A DNA stretch of 64,000 nucleotides from a virus (taxonomy: Duplodnaviria; Caudoviricetes), in the IMG/VR virus record IMGVR_UViG_3300033463_000045, positions 1-64,000 of that record; one strand, written 5' to 3'. Numbering within the stretch: the first letter of the stretch is position 1; each line of letters opens with the position of its first letter. The translations under genes were made by a program, and so were the position numbers. Positions 30,092-39,240 of this stretch are shown here, one piece after another. The notes beneath the pieces were generated by a model. That model made no database searches, had not been told where the DNA came from, and saw only the letters and a list, made by a program, of their open reading frames with translations.

Positions 30092-30604
30092 ATGATTACT
30101 TATAAAGGAAATAAATTAGTTATTGGAAAAAGATTTATTTATGAGAATGAAATATTAAAATATATAGGTAAAATATATGGAGATAAATATAATTTTTCTA
30201 CAGAAAATACTCATAAAGAATATATTTTATCTGAAAGTGAAATAGAAAATCTACAAGATTATAAAGCAGATAAAGATAATACTATTAGTAATAATGATGA
30301 AAATGATTTATTAAAAGAAAAATTAATAGATTATACTGAAAAAGAAATCGCTATATTAAATGATTTAATTAATAATAAATCTAAAGATACTCAAAAATTA
30401 GTAGATTTATATAAAGAAGAATATAATGATTTTAGAACATTAAATAAAAATGAATATACTTCTCAAGCAATAGATACTATCTCATTAGAAGCGCAATTAT
30501 ATTATCTCAATTCAATATATAGAAATATATCAAGTGTAAATGTAATTAATTTATTAGCTAATTTAAAAAGTTATATAAGAAGTTTAGAAAAAGGAGATGA
30601 ATAA
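30092..30604 (+). CDS. Hypothetical protein
   Basis: ORF preceded by the promoter motif (30061-30076) and a strong SD. Confidence 0.6.
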   Translation: MITYKGNKLVIGKRFIYENEILKYIGKIYGDKYNFSTENTHKEYILSESEIENLQDYKADKDNTISNNDENDLLKEKLIDYTEKEIAILNDLINNKSKDTQKLVDLYKEEYNDFRTLNKNEYTSQAIDTISLEAQLYYLNSIYRNISSVNVINLLANLKSYIRSLEKGDE

Positions 30605-30606
30605 TA

Positions 30607-32466
30607 GTGGCAATATTTAATAGAAAAAGTAAAATTAATTTAAATGAATCTCAGAAATTAAATGAAGCAACAAAAGAATTACAATTAGATATGACTTCAA
30701 TGTTTAATCTTCCTTATTATAGTTCTATTCAAAGATTACAAGGTGTAAATAATTCATTTACAATAAATAGTGCTGTTAAGCAATCTATGTTAAAAGACCC
30801 AGTTATTTCAAGAGTTATTAATATGTGGATTTCTGATACATTACAAAAAGATGTATTAACTAAAAATATTTATACTGTAGATATTACTAAAGCAGATGGT
30901 TTATTTGATAATGCTGAAAAAGTATCCGATGAAGAAATTAATGAACTTAATGAATGTATTAAATATTTAAGAAATAACTCAAATATAGATGAAGAATTAA
31001 CTTCTATATTATATCAAGTAATAGTTAATGGTTCTTGTACTGTTAGACTTGGTTTTGTAGATGGCTTTGAGGATACCAAGATAAAATTATTTGAGGGTGA
31101 AAAAGGAAATAAAAGTAAATTCTTAAAAGAAACAGAAAATTTAGATAAAGAAGACTTTAAAAAATTATTAGAAGCTCCTAATTATGATGATTATTTAGAT
31201 GATGAAAATGCTGATAAAAAGAATAAAAAGATTAAAAGATTATCTGGTAGATATTATATTGAAGTTCTACCAAAAAGAATAGTTCCATTAGTTTATAAAG
31301 GAATTACAATCTTATATTTAGATTTAGATAATACAAGAAAAGTATTAAATCCTAAAAATATATCTTCATTTATTAATAAAAAAGGTAATAATAAAACTAT
31401 TTCTATTAAAAATGAAGAAGATGATATATTAAGTGATATTTATACACTAGAATTAGGTGAATCATTTATAGATAATGCTGTTACTCCTTGGTCTATGTTA
31501 AATAGTGTAGAAGATTGCACTATGCTAGCATTAATGACAAGAAGTGCTATTTATAGATTATTTACTATTGAAGTAGGAGCAATGAGTACTAAAGAAACAG
31601 AAAAATTCTTACAAGAATTTAAAAATAGATTAACAACAAGAGAAACTATAAATGTTAGAGAAAAATATTATAGTTCAGCAGAAACTCAATTACCATTAGG
31701 TGATAGTATAGTAATACCTTTAAGAAATGGCATTGGTAATGTTAATTTACAAACAGTAGGAAATGATTTAAAGATAGATACTGATGGACCACTTAAATAT
31801 TTTAGACAACAATTATTAACTGCTTTAGGAGTTCCTGAAGGATTGATATATGGTGATACTGGTAATGGCGGTTTAATTAATACATCAGCAACTAAACAAG
31901 ATATAAGATATTTAAGAACTATTCAACAATTTACTTATATTATGGAAAAAGGTTTAGAGTCTATTTATAAAGATTATTTAAAGATGATTGGTGTAAATCT
32001 AAGTAAATTAGTTATAGATGTTAATTTTGCTCAAATTAATTCTGAACAAGACCAAGAAAGAATTGAATATGAACAAACTAAACAAGAAGCATTAGATAGA
32101 GCAATTACTTCATTAAATAATTTAGGTATTTCATTTGATGAAGGTGGCTATACTGAAACAAGAGAATTATTAATTAAGAGATACTTAGACCAAGAAATCT
32201 TAGATGCTATTAAAAATGATGAAGAAAATATGGATACCGGAAAATCTGATGATTCTAATGGTGAAGGTAAAGACCACGAATCATTACCTAGTGGAAGTTT
32301 AGCTTATTCTGGTGGAGGACCTAATATAGATATTAATATGGGAGAAGAAGAACCAACTGAAGAAGGTCCTGAAGAAAATACTGGAGAAGAAAATACTACT
32401 GAAGATGAACCTATAGATTTAGATAGTCTTGGTAATGAGCCTCCTGAAGCTAATGAAGAATTATAA
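30607..32466 (+). CDS. Portal protein (T4 gp20-like)
   Basis: ED..L.R..RLFTIEVGAM, LKYFRQQLLTALGVP, QDIRY.RTI, acidic tail. N-terminal LNESQKLNEA. Confidence 0.82.
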   Translation: MAIFNRKSKINLNESQKLNEATKELQLDMTSMFNLPYYSSIQRLQGVNNSFTINSAVKQSMLKDPVISRVINMWISDTLQKDVLTKNIYTVDITKADGLFDNAEKVSDEEINELNECIKYLRNNSNIDEELTSILYQVIVNGSCTVRLGFVDGFEDTKIKLFEGEKGNKSKFLKETENLDKEDFKKLLEAPNYDDYLDDENADKKNKKIKRLSGRYYIEVLPKRIVPLVYKGITILYLDLDNTRKVLNPKNISSFINKKGNNKTISIKNEEDDILSDIYTLELGESFIDNAVTPWSMLNSVEDCTMLALMTRSAIYRLFTIEVGAMSTKETEKFLQEFKNRLTTRETINVREKYYSSAETQLPLGDSIVIPLRNGIGNVNLQTVGNDLKIDTDGPLKYFRQQLLTALGVPEGLIYGDTGNGGLINTSATKQDIRYLRTIQQFTYIMEKGLESIYKDYLKMIGVNLSKLVIDVNFAQINSEQDQERIEYEQTKQEALDRAITSLNNLGISFDEGGYTETRELLIKRYLDQEILDAIKNDEENMDTGKSDDSNGEGKDHESLPSGSLAYSGGGPNIDINMGEEEPTEEGPEENTGEENTTEDEPIDLDSLGNEPPEANEEL

Positions 32467-32469
32467 AAC

Positions 32470-32509
32470 AAATAAAAAATACTAACAATTAAGTTAGTAT
32501 TTTTATTTT
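32470..32509. terminator. Bidirectional intrinsic terminator
   Basis: AAAAAATACTAAC-AATTAA-GTTAGTATTTTT, A-tract before and T-tract after. Confidence 0.8.
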
Positions 32510-32697
32510 GTAACAAGTCAATAAGTGGACTACTATTCGGAAATTCGGAATTAACACAAAAACAATAGAAAATTAATATGACATGCTACAAGAGTTGATA
32601 ATTCTTACTATACGTGCGGAATAAAAATTATCATTAAGTTTAGACAGGTGTGATATATAAATAAAGACGAAAGCTTTAAATTTAAATATATATCACA
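32470..32697 (-). ncRNA. Candidate structured non-coding RNA (minus strand)
   Basis: Minus-strand sigmaA-type promoter upstream, three stem-loops, bidirectional terminator at the end. Confidence 0.4.
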
Positions 32698-32702
32698 ATA
32701 AT

Positions 32703-32731
32703 AATATAACATAATTTTTAAAAAATGTAAA
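32703..32731 (-). promoter_or_regulatory. sigmaA-type promoter, minus strand
   Basis: TTTACA - 17 bp - TATATT with TG extended -10. Confidence 0.55.
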
Positions 32732-32787
32732 TATTTTTTAAACGTTTTGGAATTTTTTCATATTATATAATAGAAGGAGAAATAGAT

Positions 32788-34023
32788 ATGACAGAAGTAT
32801 TAAATAATTATAATACTTTAGGTAATGTAATTTTACTTAAAAATAAAATATCTGAACCATTTATAAAAATAGATAAGAAAATAATGAAATCTTTATCTAA
32901 AACAAGATATGGTAGAGATGCAATATTAGTAATATCAGGTATTTTTGATTATTGTAGAAATCCAAAACATAAAAGCGATTCTAAAGCGTGGAATAAAAAA
33001 AGAGTTATGTCTTATTTTAAAGATATGCATATAACAGAATATGCTGTTAATAAAATATTTGCTGAATTAGAAAATGCTGGTTATTTACAATATAAAAAAA
33101 TCTATCCACAAGAAGGATGCAATAGAATAAGACACCAATATATATTTTTCGAAAGTGTTAATTTAAATCCTGATTATAATAGTAAAACTGAAAATCTATT
33201 AAATGATTTAGAAACATCTTTAAAAGATTCAAAACCTATTAAAAAAGAAGAAAAGAAAGAAAAGAATAAAAAGAAGAAAGATAAAGATATTAATTTAAAT
33301 TATTTAGAAAGAATAGAATATAATCATAATAAACATTCAGCAATTAATTTAGCTAAAAAGATATATGATAAATCTATTTTTAATATTTTAAATACTGATA
33401 ATATTTTATTTAAGATTAATTCAGAAAGTAGTTTAGTATTAGATTATAAAAACGTTATTTCAGATATTGATATGGAATCATTATATAAAATAGATAATGA
33501 AGAATTAGCTAAAATTGGTTTTAATATTATATTAAAAGGAATAATGAAATATAAAAATTCTGATATAGAAAATAATTTAAAACATTCAGAAAATCTAATA
33601 AATAAATTTAATGAATATGAATCTAGCAAATTAACTATCGATGCATTATTAAGATTTAGAAATTATAATAGATTATTTACAAAAGATTTAAATAAAAATT
33701 TAAATGATAATACATTTATAAATATTAAAAATATAAAATTAATTTACCCAGATACTAAAGAAGATGATTATTTATATATTTTAGATAATACTATTGAAAA
33801 TGAAATAACACAAAATATGTTAAAGAATTTATACTTCTTAAATTTCTGTTATATAATAGGTTCATATTTATATTATTCAAATAATATTATTAATAAAGAT
33901 AAAAAGTTAACTTATCAAGATATAAATAAATTCGCAAATATATTTGAAAACTATCCTTATTTAATTTATTTACCAATAGATGATATATCTATGAATTTAT
34001 TAGATGAATTATATAATAATTAA
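32788..34023 (+). CDS. Putative replication initiator / winged-helix DNA-binding protein
   Basis: AVNKIFAELENAGYL..HQYIFFES resembles phage replisome-organizer N-terminal wHTH. Lys-rich linker; flanked by long intergenic regions. Confidence 0.55.
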   Translation: MTEVLNNYNTLGNVILLKNKISEPFIKIDKKIMKSLSKTRYGRDAILVISGIFDYCRNPKHKSDSKAWNKKRVMSYFKDMHITEYAVNKIFAELENAGYLQYKKIYPQEGCNRIRHQYIFFESVNLNPDYNSKTENLLNDLETSLKDSKPIKKEEKKEKNKKKKDKDINLNYLERIEYNHNKHSAINLAKKIYDKSIFNILNTDNILFKINSESSLVLDYKNVISDIDMESLYKIDNEELAKIGFNIILKGIMKYKNSDIENNLKHSENLINKFNEYESSKLTIDALLRFRNYNRLFTKDLNKNLNDNTFINIKNIKLIYPDTKEDDYLYILDNTIENEITQNMLKNLYFLNFCYIIGSYLYYSNNIINKDKKLTYQDINKFANIFENYPYLIYLPIDDISMNLLDELYNN

Positions 34024-34128
34024 TTAATTTATATAATTAATAATCTATTTTAAAACTTAATATAAACTATTAGGTTTATTCTTTATGCGAAAATTTAGTA
34101 TATTTCTATTGATTTTTAATAATTTTAA

Positions 34129-34299
34129 TAGAAAAATAGTAATTCTAATTAAATTTTAATAAAAATAAATTTAATTATTAATTTTTTAATTCTCAAGACG
34201 GCTATTTCAAAGTCTTTGAAATGAGGATTAAAATAATAAATTAATAAATCTTTTATAAAGATTTATATAAATAATTAGAATAAGAAATTACTTTTTCTA
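34129..34299. repeat. Nested imperfect inverted repeat (multi-branch hairpin)
   Basis: TAGAAAAA.AGTAATT/AATTACTTTTTCTA, ATTCTAATTA/TAATTAGAAT, inner ATTTCAAAG/CTTTGAAAT and ATAAATCTTT/AAAGATTTAT. Confidence 0.7.
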
Positions 34300-34322
34300 G
34301 TTCCTTATTTTTTAAAATAAAT

Positions 34323-34338
34323 TTCATAATATATAATA
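34323..34338 (+). promoter_or_regulatory. Phage promoter-like motif copy
   Basis: TTCATAATATATAATA then TAAGGAGG. Confidence 0.7.
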
Positions 34339-34357
34339 TAAGGAGGTATTACATTAT

Positions 34358-34624
34358 ATGGAAATACTTAAAATAGTAGGTTATATTTTATTAGGTATAT
34401 TTATATTCTTTATATTAATATCTACAATTTTATCTTTCTTTGGAGAGATAGAAGTATTAAAAGATAGAAAGAATGAAGCTATAAAATATATAGATAAATG
34501 TTTATCTACAGATAATAAATTAGATTTAGATGCAGTATTAATAACAATTAAAAGTATATTAGACCCAGACTTAATAAAGAAGGAAGAAAAGGAATTAAAA
34601 TGTTTAGAAAAAGAAGTCAAATAA
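34358..34624 (+). CDS. Small membrane protein with AIKYI motif
   Basis: N-terminal TM helix; first gene of the coupled small-ORF array. Confidence 0.65.
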   Translation: MEILKIVGYILLGIFIFFILISTILSFFGEIEVLKDRKNEAIKYIDKCLSTDNKLDLDAVLITIKSILDPDLIKKEEKELKCLEKEVK

Positions 34625-34815
34625 TGCGAGATTTAAGTAAAAGAAATTTTGAATTAAATTATGAGAATAAATGTTTAAAGAAAAGAATTAAGAAAGTATT
34701 AAAATATATAAGATTAAATAATTATATAGATTTAAATGGTTATGATATAGAAAAAATATTATATTGTAAGAAAATAAAAGAATTAGAAGGAGAATTTAAA
34801 GATGAAGAAAATTGA
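34600..34815 (+). CDS. Hypothetical small protein
   Basis: Overlapping ORF with VLKYI motif. Confidence 0.6.
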   Translation: MFRKRSQIMRDLSKRNFELNYENKCLKKRIKKVLKYIRLNNYIDLNGYDIEKILYCKKIKELEGEFKDEEN

Positions 34816-35017
34816 AAAGGACTTTAGAAATGAATTAGAAAAATATATTACTATAGAAGATAAGGTTGATTTTTTAATAAATTCTAAATTCCAATTAGTT
34901 ATGATAGAACATTGGGGAGCAGAAGAAGTAGATAAAAATAATATTATACATAAATTAATTTTAGAATTGAGTGAAGATAATGAAGAAAGTAATAAAGGAT
35001 TGGAAGCAATTAGCTAA
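34802..35017 (+). CDS. Hypothetical small protein
   Basis: SD lies within the previous ORF. Confidence 0.6.
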   Translation: MKKIEKDFRNELEKYITIEDKVDFLINSKFQLVMIEHWGAEEVDKNNIIHKLILELSEDNEESNKGLEAIS

Positions 35018-35312
35018 ATTAAAACCTAGTAAAAATTATAGACTAATTATTGGAGATTGTTGTGGTTGGATAGTACCAATTAATGATGAACCTTATCCTC
35101 ATAGAGGAAATTCTGATGAGTTCCAATGTAATTGTAAAATAGATTCTGAAGAATATATAAATTTCTTTGACCATCATATTTATTTATCAACCCATACATT
35201 TTATAAAAATCATTATAAAGAATCAACTAAATTATTAAATAAATATGGTTGGAAAAACATAGAAATAGATAATTGGGATAAGGAGGAAGAAGGATGGAAG
35301 AAAATAAATTAG
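34971..35312 (+). CDS. Hypothetical protein (likely start ATG 34980)
   Basis: CCGW, LSTHTFY, IDNWD motifs. Confidence 0.6.
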   Translation: MKIMKKVIKDWKQLAKLKPSKNYRLIIGDCCGWIVPINDEPYPHRGNSDEFQCNCKIDSEEYINFFDHHIYLSTHTFYKNHYKESTKLLNKYGWKNIEIDNWDKEEEGWKKIN

Positions 35313-35536
35313 TAGAAGAATTAATAGAAGATAGTATTAGTTGTTTATCTAATATGCCAATAGATGATACTACTTATTCAATAGCAAGAGATATAGTAAT
35401 AAATGAATTAATAAATGCAAGAGAAATAATATCTAAAGCAAATAAATATAATGAACATTTAATTAGAGATGCAAAATATCATTTAAATAAAGGTCATCTA
35501 AGAAAAATGAAAAAGATATTAGGAGGTGAATATTAA
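35294..35536 (+). CDS. Hypothetical small protein
   Basis: Coupled ORF ending KILGGEY. Confidence 0.6.
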   Translation: MEENKLVEELIEDSISCLSNMPIDDTTYSIARDIVINELINAREIISKANKYNEHLIRDAKYHLNKGHLRKMKKILGGEY

Positions 35537-35688
35537 TGAAAGATATGTTATTACCATTATCAATATTAATGACTGATTTAGCTGTATTATTTATATTGAT
35601 AAATCAAATATATATTTGTTTAATTATAAATAAATTAACTAAAGATAAAATTAAAGAAAAGGAAGATAAAAATGGAAAAAATAACTAA
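35536..35688 (+). CDS. Small membrane protein (50 aa, not in ORF track)
   Basis: AGGAGGTG SD; MKDMLLPLSILMTDLAVLFILINQIYICLII...KNN. Confidence 0.6.
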   Translation: MKDMLLPLSILMTDLAVLFILINQIYICLIINKLTKDKIKEKEDKNGKNN

Positions 35689-35902
35689 TGAAGATTATAC
35701 TAATGTTTTAGGTTCTTTTATGGAAACATCTTTAGAATGTATAGATAATATAGATAAAGAATTAAAATTAGAAAAAGATAAAAATAATAAAGCAATAGAA
35801 TATATAGAAAGAGATTTAGCTAATATAAATATTCAAGAAAATATAGTAGCAAAAAATGAATTATTACAAATAAAAAGAATACTTAAAGGAGAAGATAAAT
35901 AA
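35672..35902 (+). CDS. Hypothetical small protein (KAIEYI...ILKGEDK)
   Basis: Coupled ORF with the array motif. Confidence 0.6.
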   Translation: MEKITNEDYTNVLGSFMETSLECIDNIDKELKLEKDKNNKAIEYIERDLANINIQENIVAKNELLQIKRILKGEDK

Positions 35903-36153
35903 TGAAACGTTTTTTAATATCGTATAGTATAGTAGCTAGTTTATGTTTATTTTGTTTAATTTTAGTAACATTATATCAAATGAATGAGATAAATGATTTA
36001 AATACTAATAAAGATAATACAATTAAATACATAACAGATTATAAATTAAGACAAGATAAAAAATGCGATGAACTTACAAAAGAAGAAATAGAACTTATTA
36101 AAATTATTAAAGGGGAAGATAAAAATGACCGAGGTATCAATAATCAAAAGTAA
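35902..36153 (+). CDS. Small membrane protein (TIKYI...IIKGEDK)
   Basis: N-terminal TM helix plus the array motif. Confidence 0.6.
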   Translation: MKRFLISYSIVASLCLFCLILVTLYQMNEINDLNTNKDNTIKYITDYKLRQDKKCDELTKEEIELIKIIKGEDKNDRGINNQK

Positions 36154-36694
36154 TAAAAGTATAGTAATTACTAAAGATGATATAACATTTACTCAATTTG
36201 GAATTGCTGATGAAATATTAGATTTAATAAATGAGCAAAAAGAAGAAATAGAAAGATTAAATAAAGATAAGGACGATTTACAAAATAGATTTAATTCATT
36301 GATGGAAGCGCATAAGATTTGTGATGAAGAAAATGAAAGATTAAATAATATACTTAATGAATTAGAAGAATGGTTAGAAGAAGAACAAAAGTTATACGGA
36401 ATAAATCAAGAAGGATTTAGTTGGGGAATTGCAGCAGATTGTTTAGATAAATTAAAAGAATTAAAATTAGAAAAAGTTAAAAATAATAAAGAAGATTGGT
36501 TTTTTAATCTTTTAAAAGAAATGGTTAAAAATAATTATACCATTACTGATGCAGGTAAAATAAAAATACTTAGAGAAAAAAGTAGTTTAACAGCATTTAA
36601 TTTTCATATTCAAATTAATAAGTCAGTTTTTGAAGATGTATTATCTGAAGAAGAAAAAGCAATGCTATGGTTAGAAGGTGATGAAAATAAATAG
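36125..36694 (+). CDS. Coiled-coil hypothetical protein
   Basis: EIERLNK / ENERLNNIL repeats, LDKLKELK. Confidence 0.6.
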   Translation: MTEVSIIKSNKSIVITKDDITFTQFGIADEILDLINEQKEEIERLNKDKDDLQNRFNSLMEAHKICDEENERLNNILNELEEWLEEEQKLYGINQEGFSWGIAADCLDKLKELKLEKVKNNKEDWFFNLLKEMVKNNYTITDAGKIKILREKSSLTAFNFHIQINKSVFEDVLSEEEKAMLWLEGDENK

Positions 36695-36911
36695 AAAAAC
36701 ATTAGAAAAGACATTTTATTTAATTGCTAAATATTGGTTAGGAGAATTAGAAGGCTTTATTAAAATTGGAGATAATAAAGAAGAAATAACAAAATTATTT
36801 CAAGATAAGTATATGAGTACTCCAGAACATGATTTTGGAGTTACTGAAGAATCTTATCAATTATTAGAAGTAAATGCAAAAGATATATCGGGAGATGATT
36901 ATAATGACTGA
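36678..36911 (+). CDS. Hypothetical small protein
   Basis: Coupled ORF. Confidence 0.6.
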   Translation: MMKINRKTLEKTFYLIAKYWLGELEGFIKIGDNKEEITKLFQDKYMSTPEHDFGVTEESYQLLEVNAKDISGDDYND

Positions 36912-37353
36912 AGAAGAAAGAAATAAATTAAAACCTGAATGGTCTGACTATTCAGAATTAACTCTAAATGGAATTAAAAAGTGGGACCTAATAAAATATA
37001 TTAAAAGATTAGAAGAAATAATTTCAACTTATGACGATTTATTAATTAGAGAATTTAAATTAAAAGAAGAGGCAATTACTTATATAGAAAATCATACTTA
37101 TAATGAAAGAACTAAAAATCATAATTATGATTTAATGAATAGAGAAGTAAAAGAATTATTACATATATTAAAGAATAATGATTTATCTAATATAGCAAAT
37201 AAAGATAGATTAAATTGGAATACATTACAAAAATTCGTTTTAACTCAATATAATTATTTTACTAATTGTGATGATATAAATCAAGATATTATTTCTTGTT
37301 ATAAAATTATTATAGATAAAATGGAAGAATTAGAAAAAAATGATTCAAATTAA
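36874..37353 (+). CDS. Hypothetical protein (likely start 36904)
   Basis: AITYI, LNWNTL, DKMEELE array motifs. Confidence 0.6.
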   Translation: MQKIYREMIIMTEEERNKLKPEWSDYSELTLNGIKKWDLIKYIKRLEEIISTYDDLLIREFKLKEEAITYIENHTYNERTKNHNYDLMNREVKELLHILKNNDLSNIANKDRLNWNTLQKFVLTQYNYFTNCDDINQDIISCYKIIIDKMEELEKNDSN

Positions 37354-37711
37354 TAAATATAAGACGAAAAGAAATAAAAAGATTATTCGTCTTTATAAAA
37401 AGATATTAAAAGATAAAAAACTTATGAAAGAGTTTAATGAATGGAGAAAAGATAATATGAAAAAAGTAGATGAAAATGGAAATGTACAACAAGAATATTT
37501 AGATTTTGTGCATAATTTAAAAAGAGAAGATTTAGAAAAATTTTATATAGGAGCTGACCTTCTTATTGAAAGAGTTAAAAAATATCTTAAAAGTAAATTA
37601 GATGAGTGGGAAACTAGTAAAAATGATGATGACTCATATTATAATGAAATACTAGAAGATACTTATATTTTAAATTTACTTAATGGAAAGGAAAATAAAA
37701 ATGAAGATTAA
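37340..37711 (+). CDS. Hypothetical protein
   Basis: Coupled ORF, VKKYL...LLNGKENK. Confidence 0.6.
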   Translation: MIQINKYKTKRNKKIIRLYKKILKDKKLMKEFNEWRKDNMKKVDENGNVQQEYLDFVHNLKREDLEKFYIGADLLIERVKKYLKSKLDEWETSKNDDDSYYNEILEDTYILNLLNGKENKNED

Positions 37712-37898
37712 TATGGAAAAAGTAAATGAGAATAAAGAGGAAATTAAAAAGCAAATTGAGAAAGCAGAAGTAGATATAAAAGAATTATCAGAGACACAAC
37801 CTGAATTAGCTAAACAATTTATGAATGACCTAAATTTATTTAAAGTATTAGTAGGAGAAAAAATAGATGACAACTCTACTGAAGAAGTTTCTTTGTAA
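37683..37898 (+). CDS. Hypothetical small protein
   Basis: Coupled ORF. Confidence 0.55.
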   Translation: MERKIKMKINMEKVNENKEEIKKQIEKAEVDIKELSETQPELAKQFMNDLNLFKVLVGEKIDDNSTEEVSL

Positions 37899-38052
37899 AA
37901 TAGGTTGGCATTCATTTAAATATGATTTAGTAGAAATTCCAAATGATATTCTTTATACTGGGTATTGCAATAAATATAAATGTAAATGGTGTCATGGAAT
38001 AGGTATGGTAGATTCTCAAGGTAATTTATTTAATGTTAAATATGAAAAATAA
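37867..38052 (+). CDS. Small Cys/His zinc-binding protein
   Basis: LCKIGWH...CKWC. Confidence 0.6.
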   Translation: MTTLLKKFLCKIGWHSFKYDLVEIPNDILYTGYCNKYKCKWCHGIGMVDSQGNLFNVKYEK

Positions 38053-38302
38053 ATATTTTAAAGTAGATATTGATTCAAGACAAATAATTATAGATAAAAA
38101 TAAAAAATATAATGTTAATATAGATATAATTAATTTAATAATAGATTTGCAAAAGGAATTAAATAAAGTAAATTTAAATTGGGAAGAATTAAAGCAGGTT
38201 ACTAAAAATTATAAATATACTAATACTTGTCATTGTTATAATTGTAATAAAGAATTATGTGATATTTTATTAGATAAAATGGAAGAACTAGAAAGAGATT
38301 AA
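38033..38302 (+). CDS. Hypothetical protein
   Basis: LNWEELK, CHCYNC, DKMEELE. Confidence 0.6.
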   Translation: MLNMKNKYFKVDIDSRQIIIDKNKKYNVNIDIINLIIDLQKELNKVNLNWEELKQVTKNYKYTNTCHCYNCNKELCDILLDKMEELERD

Positions 38303-38303
38303 A

Positions 38304-38480
38304 ATGTCAGAAGAAATATTTTATGAAGTTCTTATTAGACTTCAACAAGAATTACAATATAGAAAATATACAATTACAGATTTAAAAGAGATAGAAGAAA
38401 TTCTTAAATCTCTTAATTATAAAAATGAAGAAATACAAGTTAAGAAATTAACTTTAAGAAAGGAAAATAAAGATGAGTAA
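38304..38480 (+). CDS. Hypothetical small protein (58 aa, not in ORF track)
   Basis: ATG 38304 to TAA 38480; fills the gap and overlaps the next start. Confidence 0.55.
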   Translation: MSEEIFYEVLIRLQQELQYRKYTITDLKEIEEILKSLNYKNEEIQVKKLTLRKENKDE

Positions 38481-39225
38481 AAATGTATTAATAGTTGGTT
38501 ATGGAATAGTAGGTCATAATCTACATAAAGAAATACAAAAGCTTAATCCAGACATTTATGATAAATATAAAGTAGAATTTAATACTGATAGAGATATTAA
38601 ATATAATTTAACATTTATTTGTGTCGATACTCCATTAGAAGATGGAACTTTAAATACATCACAAGTATTAGTTGCAATAAATGAACATGATTCTGATTTA
38701 TATATTATTAAATCAACGTGTCCTATTGGAACATTAGACCAATTAAAAGAAGTAACAGATAAAAGAATTATATTTAGTCCAGAATATTATGGTAATACTC
38801 CACATTGTAATAATTTTGAATTTAACTTTACTATCTTAGGTGGAGATAAACAAGATTGTATTGATGCAATTCAAATATTACAACCTTGTTATGATGCTAG
38901 ACATACATTTAGAATAACTGATGGTAAAACAGCCGAATTAGTTAAATTTATGGAGAATGCATTTTTAGCTACTAAGGTGTCATTCTGTAATCAATTTTAT
39001 GAGATATGTATAAAATATAATCTATCATATGAAGAATTAAGAGAGCTATTTATATTAGACCCCAGAGTGAATCCATCACATACGTTTGTATATAAAGATG
39101 CTCCATATTGGGATTCTCATTGTTTAAATAAAGATGTTCCTGAAATTGCTTATAATGAAGAAGCAGAATTATTACAAGCAATATGCAAATTTAATGATAA
39201 GCAAAAAAGAAATCATAATAAATAA
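38473..39225 (+). CDS. Short UDP-glucose/GDP-mannose dehydrogenase-family protein
   Basis: GYGIVG Rossmann, CVDTP, KST, FSPEY, AELVKFMENAFLATKVSFCN, SHCLNKD (catalytic Cys). Lacks the C-terminal UDP-binding domain. Confidence 0.85.
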   Translation: MSKNVLIVGYGIVGHNLHKEIQKLNPDIYDKYKVEFNTDRDIKYNLTFICVDTPLEDGTLNTSQVLVAINEHDSDLYIIKSTCPIGTLDQLKEVTDKRIIFSPEYYGNTPHCNNFEFNFTILGGDKQDCIDAIQILQPCYDARHTFRITDGKTAELVKFMENAFLATKVSFCNQFYEICIKYNLSYEELRELFILDPRVNPSHTFVYKDAPYWDSHCLNKDVPEIAYNEEAELLQAICKFNDKQKRNHNK

Positions 39226-39240
39226 TATAGGAGGTATAAT

